From NCBI GenBank assembly GCA_030141605.1, contig JAQGDQ010000036.1, forward strand, positions 186,001-250,000: a stretch of DNA of 64,000 nucleotides, in the 5' to 3' direction. Each line of letters opens with the position of its first letter. Positions within the stretch are counted from its first letter, which is position 1. The translations under genes and the position numbers were made by a program. The notes under the pieces were generated by a model, which saw only the letters and a list, made by a program, of their open reading frames with translations, searched no databases and was not told the origin of the DNA. Below are positions 56,477-64,000 of the stretch, one piece after another. The DNA is from Tubiluchus corallicola. Its lineage: Eukaryota; Animalia; Priapulida.

Positions 56477-59400
56477 TAATGCTAAATGATTTGGCTTAAT
56501 GCTATTATTTACAGTAAACAAGTATGCAATGAATAGGAACATGAAAACTAGCCAACATCAGCCAAATAGTTTAGTTTTCTACGACCCTGGTTTTTTGAAA
56601 TTAAATTTAAAAGCTCACTGAACGACAAAACAGCAAAACCTGTTTCTGTTGCACAACTACTTGTATTAAACTAACATTAATTTTAATATGCACGTTAAAT
56701 TGAGATGTCAAAATTTGTGCTGTACCAAAGGCACGTATAAAATTTGAATTTAATTGATTCATAATGTTTGGCTTTACTGCTAATTTATTAGAGTTTGAAA
56801 AAAAGCTTTTGCCCAACGCACAATTAGTAAAATTGTACAGTATTCTCAATTGCTAAGAAGAAACTTCGATCTAAATTTTTATATTGACAAATACCACAAA
56901 TTTCGATCTAATAAATGGAAACCTTGAACAAATCTTTGTAAATTCAATAATGAGATTGAACATTATAAATTAATCTAACAAAGATTTATTGTGCAGATTA
57001 ACTATTATCGTGTAACCAGTAATACTTTACTTACAGGAACACGCTAACCTATGTTATGGTCAAAAATGTAGTAACAACAAGTTTTAATTTTTTCAATCTT
57101 AAATTTCCTTCTCTTTTTAGTTAAAACTCAGAATATCAGAAGATACTAAATTTGTACTATAAAACAAAAATTAAACAGACTCTGTACAATAGCTTTTCGT
57201 GTCACATACAGTAAGATACACATTATTATTATGTATGTTTTACTATATAGTTACTAGATACGTTTCGTAAATGATGAGACACCTGTCGACTTGACCTTAC
57301 GACCTCTTGCAAAACGTTTAACTAATCCACATTGTGTTAGAAATTCAGCAAACTAATGTTATTGCAAGCATACTTGCTACAACATACAGTACTACATGCC
57401 CAAAGGGCGACTGACGTTACATATCAAGTCAATCATTTATTACCAATAAAAGAAAAATGAACAGCTTCTATATAGCTAATTGCATGTTGTTTACTCATTA
57501 TGTAATATAATTGTATATTACGTTAAACAAACGTTAACCAATTTTTTAAAACCACAATTTCCTTGTGCGTATACATTCACGCTTGAATCTTTAATTAATA
57601 AAAGGGGAATATTTAGCTTTTTACATAAAACGAGCGTTTTGTTTAACCGTTGAGACTGTCTGTAAAGTAGAAAAGCAGTGATGAGACAAGGAGCCATTTG
57701 TTTTAGCTAGATCTCGCAATTATAAAACAACCCTAACAGGAATCCAATTTATTCATCGTGCTACAGCTAAATTAACACCTGTGTGTATATGACAGCAAAC
57801 AAGCATACTCAACTTAAAACTGTTTTGTGGTAATTAATGATCGCAAACAATATTATTAAATATTATTAATTTTAGTTTAATTCATACAATGGCAGAATAT
57901 TATCATATAAAATGTAAAATATCGCTTTAATTATTTGAATTTCAGACGAAATCTACATAAGCAAATACTCGTGGTATGCAATCATCATTACTCTAATTCT
58001 CACAAAACAAGGCAAATCGATTTCCAAACAGTGCTGCAAACTAGGTCGATACCAAATACAAGTACCAGCTATTGTTTTAATGTGTATTTTTTAAATGATT
58101 AACAGGTTTTCTTTGTTAGACCTGTCCTTGGTGCTCAAATTCCGTATTTTATTCCTAGTAATAATGCGCTAACCTAAGTGTCAAAAAACTGTGCGAATAC
58201 TGGAAGCTGTTTAATTATTAATTTATTTAATCCCGAACTAGCAGACTGTACGCTTTTGACAAATCTGAAAGCGGCTTTGCGGTTCACTTCTAACATGAGT
58301 TGTGCGAAAAACATACTATGAATCACATCCAGATTAATCAAGATTAAAAATAGTAAGACGTTGGTCTTTGATTCCATTAAAATCTAACAGGTATACGAGC
58401 ATGATGAGTATAGTACTCTTACTCTACCTGATAATATATGGTATGCCTAGGTGTAGTCCGTATTTGCACGTACATGCATACACGTTTGATGTACCGCTTT
58501 ATTATTTGTATAAATAAAGAAGTTAAGAACGTTCATTAACTTACAAGTTTAAAACCGTAGCTCATATTATATATTTCATTTTCAACAAAATAAGTCATAA
58601 AAAAAAATGCTGCATAAAATTCCACACAAAAACTACATTTGTCTCTTCTGAAACATGGAGATCCATAACCGGCTGACCTGTAAAAGTTCTGCAGAGGTTT
58701 GAAACAAAGATTATGCCCGCGTAGGCCCAAACAAACAGAAGAACAGACATTAAAAGAAGAACCAACCCTCGAACAACATTTATTGCATTTTAATGTACAA
58801 TAAAATATATTGAAATCACAATATAAAATATGCGCATAGAATGCTTAAAAATGTAAAAGAGATTTGAATATTTCTTATCTCCCGCCAAACGAACATTGAT
58901 ACCGGCACATTTAAGAAAAATGACGTAAACTGGTCCCTGCTGATCAGCGTGAATGTCGTGAAGGCAAGCTGTATGAAGGCACGCGTTGCAAAATGTCTAC
59001 GGTTTGTTTAAAGTTCCGTTATTCTAATGTTGTGTTTAACTGTGTTTATCTAGAAATTAATCATTCGATCAATTATGATCAAATTTAAAGTGGTTACATT
59101 GCTTTAATCTACAAGATTACATCTTACAATGTGTAACTAATTAACATTAATTGTGTAAATTATTAATTTACAGTTTTTTGCTCATTTTCAGATACGCATG
59201 TAAATTTGCTAACACGTAGCAGGTGTTGGGCTGGTTACTTAGTTTATAGAGTTCGCTCTATAACTATAAGTAAAAAAAGATTCTGAAGCACCTGGCAGAA
59301 TAAGTGTTTATATTGCACAGAAACCGTATGACGCCATTTTTCGTCTAAAATTGAGCGCGCCCAAGAGTAAAGTAATCACGACTTTAAATTGATTTTACTA

Positions 59401-61519
59401 ATTACAGGAGATGCTTATCACAATTTTATTGCTGAAACTTTCTAACATTTTTCCCAAACATCAAAATAAGCTCAGCTTCGCAGGAGACTTGGTTTTTGTT
59501 TTAAGCAACTGTCCACAAACTGATCACTTAAGAACACAGTTCACAGGTGTAGACTTCGAATCACTAACTTCAATACTGTCTGCGACAAAGCTTTTAAAAT
59601 TGATCTTTTTTAATATGTTTGAATAGTGTATACGTGTACTGTAATTTAGTGAACTATGAACTAATTCTGTGTTACCCTACATTTGTTAAAAATTCGCTAC
59701 GTTGTAAAAATAGTCAATAAAAAACTACTACTACTACATATGTTACATATAAAAGCCCAATTATAAAACGTTCCTTTGTTTTTGCTAATATAAAAAATAA
59801 AAACAAAAGCAGGAAAATCGAGACTCTTAATAAAATAATTACACACGCACAAATCTGAGTTTCAGCAGAAACTCAGTTTCATTTTTCAAACACATTTAAG
59901 CCTAGTGTTTCCATATTACGTAAGTTGGATTAGATTAAAAATTAAATTCTACAACTAGGAATTTTCGCAGAAGATGATAAATGATTGTTTTCATTGACGG
60001 CTAGACGAAAACTATTAAACTATACGACCTCACAACATACGACTTCGTTGAACAAAAGAACGAGTACTGAGTAGTAGTTACGTCCCGAGAGAGTAATTTC
60101 TGAATTGTTACAAGTGACTCGAAACTGTTATTTGGTGTCTATGTGTTTCGGTTCAACAATGACAGTAAGTAGGCCAGGCCAAAATGCAAACAAGACGTTG
60201 AACGCTAAAACTGTTCTGATGTACGAATTCTGTGCTACGTGGGGCGCTTTTTTCAGTAAACTTCGAAAATTTTCGGCAAGAGAATTTCACGTGGCTTTTA
60301 CCAAATTCATTTGTAGCTATCAGCATACAGTTTATGCTGAAAGCACATAAAATGATTTCGGTTTGAATTGCACTTTAATTCTTCAAGTTAAACCATCCAT
60401 ATATTTCCGTCATTTAAAAGTATCAAGGAGAAGGGACATTCTGTCCACTTCCATTTGGCCAGTTTATTTGCCCACGACCGACGATATGGACTTCCGGTTT
60501 TAGTCACTGTAAGCTAGTCACTGTGTGAAATGCATGACCGCCAGCGTTAATAATATCATAGCCTTAATATTGACTATACCGTGAAATGCGCTGATAGCTA
60601 TTACGCATTATTATTTTTTCGTTATGTACTTCGTAGTGCGAGTATCATTTACAGCTTTGTGTATGAGGCTATAACTGATTGACCTCGCTTGTCAGCCATT
60701 GAACTCAATTTAATTAGGTCTTTTAGTCTGCTTCACATTCTGTAAACACGTAACTAAAACATTATTTCAGTGACGCAGCTATTATAAGAAAATATAAACA
60801 TTAATTTATCTAGCTACTGAAACGCCATAATTCAAAAGTCATAACCAATAAGACAAATTTCATATTTAGGTAATGTTGAGTTAACAGTTACTGTCATAAC
60901 TCATAAATACCGAGACAAAAATGATACTGTCTAACTACTGTACAGTACTCCAAACGCTTGCCGAATTTCAACCACTTGATGCAATACCAACTGCCGAATA
61001 TACTGTACATAGTGAAATCAATTTGAATAAACGCTGTCCGCATTCAAAATAAATATGCAAGTAAGTAGCTGGTTTAATCTTTGTACAACTGAGATACTTG
61101 AAATGTGAAAAGGATTACAGTGTTAAAATATGCTAGCATGGAAAATAATCAAGTTTTTGTTCAGAGAAATTCTTGTTCCCTCTTTTTATATATCTGAATG
61201 TAGTACTAGTTTGCATCCACCAGTATCAGTCTGATAAATTTCTGCAATGCAAATGAATTATTACCAAATCCGTGTTTCACTGCAATATGTGAATGTATGA
61301 CACACGAGTCATGAACTAGAAGTAGTGTGTGCATACTGCACATCGACTTGTCGTTTAAATGACTACGAAACCAAACAACGAGGACTGTTATGACATATTT
61401 TTGTTGACGCATGCATATCAGTGACAGTGCTTACTCTGCGTCCAGCCCTCAAATACTGGACACATGTAAGTGACCGCGGGGCCTGCAACTTCAAAATCGC
61501 AGGATGAGACGCCAAAATT

Positions 61520-64000
61520 GGGTGTGCAGGCATTTCAACACAGGACATTTCGCCACAAGACATTTGGACTATTAGGTCATTCGGACACAATGCACTTTGG
61601 ACACAAGACATTTGGACACATAGGACATTTTGACACAGAACATTTTGACACATAGGACAGTTAGACACATGGGACATTGGGACGCAAGGGCATTTGGACA
61701 CATAGGACATTTGGACACATAGGACATTTGGACACATAGGACATTTAGACATAGTTAATTGGATGCCTATTGCGTAAGCTGTTTAGACTAAGAGTTTTGC
61801 ACACATAGGCCATTTGAGTACTAGGTATTCTTGACATACGACATTCAGACATGTAGGCAACTTAAATTCAATAACTGTTTAGACACAAAAGGTAGCATTT
61901 GGATTCAATGTGACATAGGTAAATGTTAACACATCTACACCTATAGTTCACAAAGTCTTCATGCTTTCTTTTTTACATTTATTATTTGTTAAACTTTATT
62001 TCAAATCCTATGAAAATCAATTTAATTTGAAGTGATTGCAACTTACTTTGAGAAAGCAATTTTAAGTAAAATTGCCCTAAAACAGCTTAAAATTACAGCA
62101 ACGAATTTTCTAAATAAAATATTTTTCCAAATCAAAAATAAGGTTGACATTGCATAATTTTAAATAATTGTGATTTTTGATAGCCATTAGTCAAAGCGCC
62201 TCTGATAATAATTAAAGAAAAGTAGAAAGTGAAAGAAAAAAAGAGAGAGAGAGAGAGAGAGGGGGAGAGAGAGAGAGAGAGAGAGAGAGAGTGAGAGAGA
62301 GAGGCAAGAGAAAGAGAGAGACAACAAGAAGGGAGAGAGGGGAGAGAGGGAAAGAGGAGAAAGGAAAGAGAATGAGAGGGATACAGAGCTAGAGAGGGGT
62401 GGGAAGTGAGAGAGAGCAAGAGAGAGAGAGAGAGAGAGGGGGGAGACAGAGGGACAAAAAGCAGGAGAGAGGAGGCGGTAGATAGAGAGCAAGAGGGGCG
62501 AAAGAGAGGAACTGAAGGAAAGCAAGAGGCCAGAAAGAAACAAAGACACAGGAAAAGACAGACAGACAGGCAAAATGAGAGACAGCTAGATAGATTGATT
62601 GACAAACAAACAGAGAATGAGAGACAAAATCAGAGTGGACAAAGCGAGTGACAGGGGAAAGGCAGAGGAAAAAGAGGAATAGAGAGGAAGCAAAAAAAGA
62701 GAAAGAGACAGACACAAAGGGAAAGGAGATGAAAAGAGAGAGAGGATGAGAGGGGTAAGAATGGAGGGATGAAAAGAGAGAGTAGCAAACAGAGAAAGAG
62801 AAATCGAAGACTTTGTCTTTGTCCTACTAAAATAACAGATTTAGCAATTAAAAACCTATCCGTGATTATTCTAATAAAAAGATTTTGCTATTAAATGTTT
62901 TATTCCGTGAAACGAGTTGCTATTTCCGGGAAGTTATGTTTTCTGGGAAAAAATGTCTCAGAAACGTACTAAAATCCTCAACGGTAGGACTTACTGTGTG
63001 AAAAGGAGCCTGATTTATAATTAACAATATTCATCCAGGATGAGACACTCTACCCCGTTTCACTGCTACCGTGATACGTACGCTCCTTAATACAAGTTCG
63101 TCATACACCAGTGAGAGTAGTCAGGCCAATTTACCAAATAAAAATACTTAAATTCGAATTTCAAAGTGTTCACGAATCCACACTCTGTCCAAGGTCGTCG
63201 TTGCTTAATTAAGGTAATCAAGCACATGTCATACCCACTCATTTATTTTTCTCTTCGCTTCCCCTAATTATAAAGCAATTCTCTTCCATTTTACTCAACA
63301 AGCTGGGTGTTCTGGACATTTCGCTTCGGTATAGAGCAGGTGTTGTGATTCCTATTTTTAGCTGAGCAAAAACCTCTTGAAAACTGCATAAAGGCGCGTA
63401 GTGTAATAGCTTCCCTGGAAACAATTTATGTGGCTACTCTTCTGAGAACTGATTAAATCAACGATCATTAATCGATCAAAACAATAAACATTGCTAATTT
63501 TGATATATCTGAAGTGAATGTACTGCCTCCTCAAAAAGTGTGCGTGCGAGTGTCAAGGCCATGCAGTACTCGTCCTGTACTCTTTTAGGTTTTATTATAC
63601 ACGTAGTTGCTCTAATGAAGTGGACAACTATAGAATTATAACGCTGCGTTCAGTCTATCTGAATGCCTTTTGCTAACTCCTGAGTAATCTAAGAACTTGA
63701 TATTTAACATACTGGTAGGGCGAAGCGTACTAATTTTTGGATCAATCTGCGCAAATTTAGATTTTATACTTCATACTAATTTTAAATATCCGCGTGTAAC
63801 AACTCACGCTGCAATCTGCCGACGCAACCAATCGAATTATGACTCATTACTCATTAGCAAGAAATCAAACAACAACAAAACTACCAATGTGTCCAAATGT
63901 TCTTGTGTCCAAATGTCCTTGGGTCCAAATGACCTATGTGTTCAAGCGTCCTATGTAACCACATGTCCAAATGTCCTATGTGTCGAAATAGCCTGTGTCG
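61520..64000. mobile_element. Foldback-like DNA element with inverted subterminal 17-bp tandem arrays; right end just outside the window
   Basis: Left array of ggacatttggacacata units at about 61530-61750, decaying to about 61920; inverted array of tatgtgtccaaatgtcc units at about 63885-64000. Confidence 0.75.
62220..62800. repeat. Polypurine (GA-rich) block, copy 2, inside the foldback-like element
   Basis: Inverted, longer version of 38716-39216. Confidence 0.92.

Noticed and set aside
61363-61752. Cys-rich 129-aa ORF (metallothionein-like look) or a CRISPR-like array
   Set aside because: It is the translation of a 17-bp tandem repeat with no unique spacers, in a eukaryotic context with no cas genes.
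63040-63100. SVRITVAVKR reading on the minus strand as KIF21 exon 1
   Set aside because: No good donor in the required phase and no nearby in-frame ATG; it lies inside the foldback-like element.

Overview
AT-rich, intron-rich animal (probably invertebrate) genomic DNA containing three spliced genes, which I assembled by hand. LSM12 is on the minus strand (5 coding exons, 9079->3675, 217 aa). CLP1 RNA kinase is on the plus strand (12 coding exons, 15080->23288, 428 aa). A KIF21-type kinesin-4 with a WD40 tail is on the minus strand (34 exons traced, 56008->24549, about 1640 codons; first coding exon not found). LSM12 and CLP1 are head-to-head, and each has a U12 minor-spliceosome intron: GT-AG subtype in LSM12, AT-AC subtype in CLP1. 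CLP1 and KIF21 each also need one GC-AG intron. Introns and intergenic DNA hold decayed LINEs (CR1/L2-clade, RTE-like), several MITEs and a foldback-like element with 17-bp subterminal arrays. Other notable structures are a ~470-bp hairpin inside the LSM12 U12 intron, a near-identical GA/CT block present twice in inverted orientation, a pair of inverted tRNA-like arms, and a LINE tail that supplies an in-frame cryptic donor to KIF21. I cannot demonstrate a wholly new system from sequence alone; the minor-intron pair and these repeat-derived structures are the best leads. All protein comparisons are from memory, not database searches.
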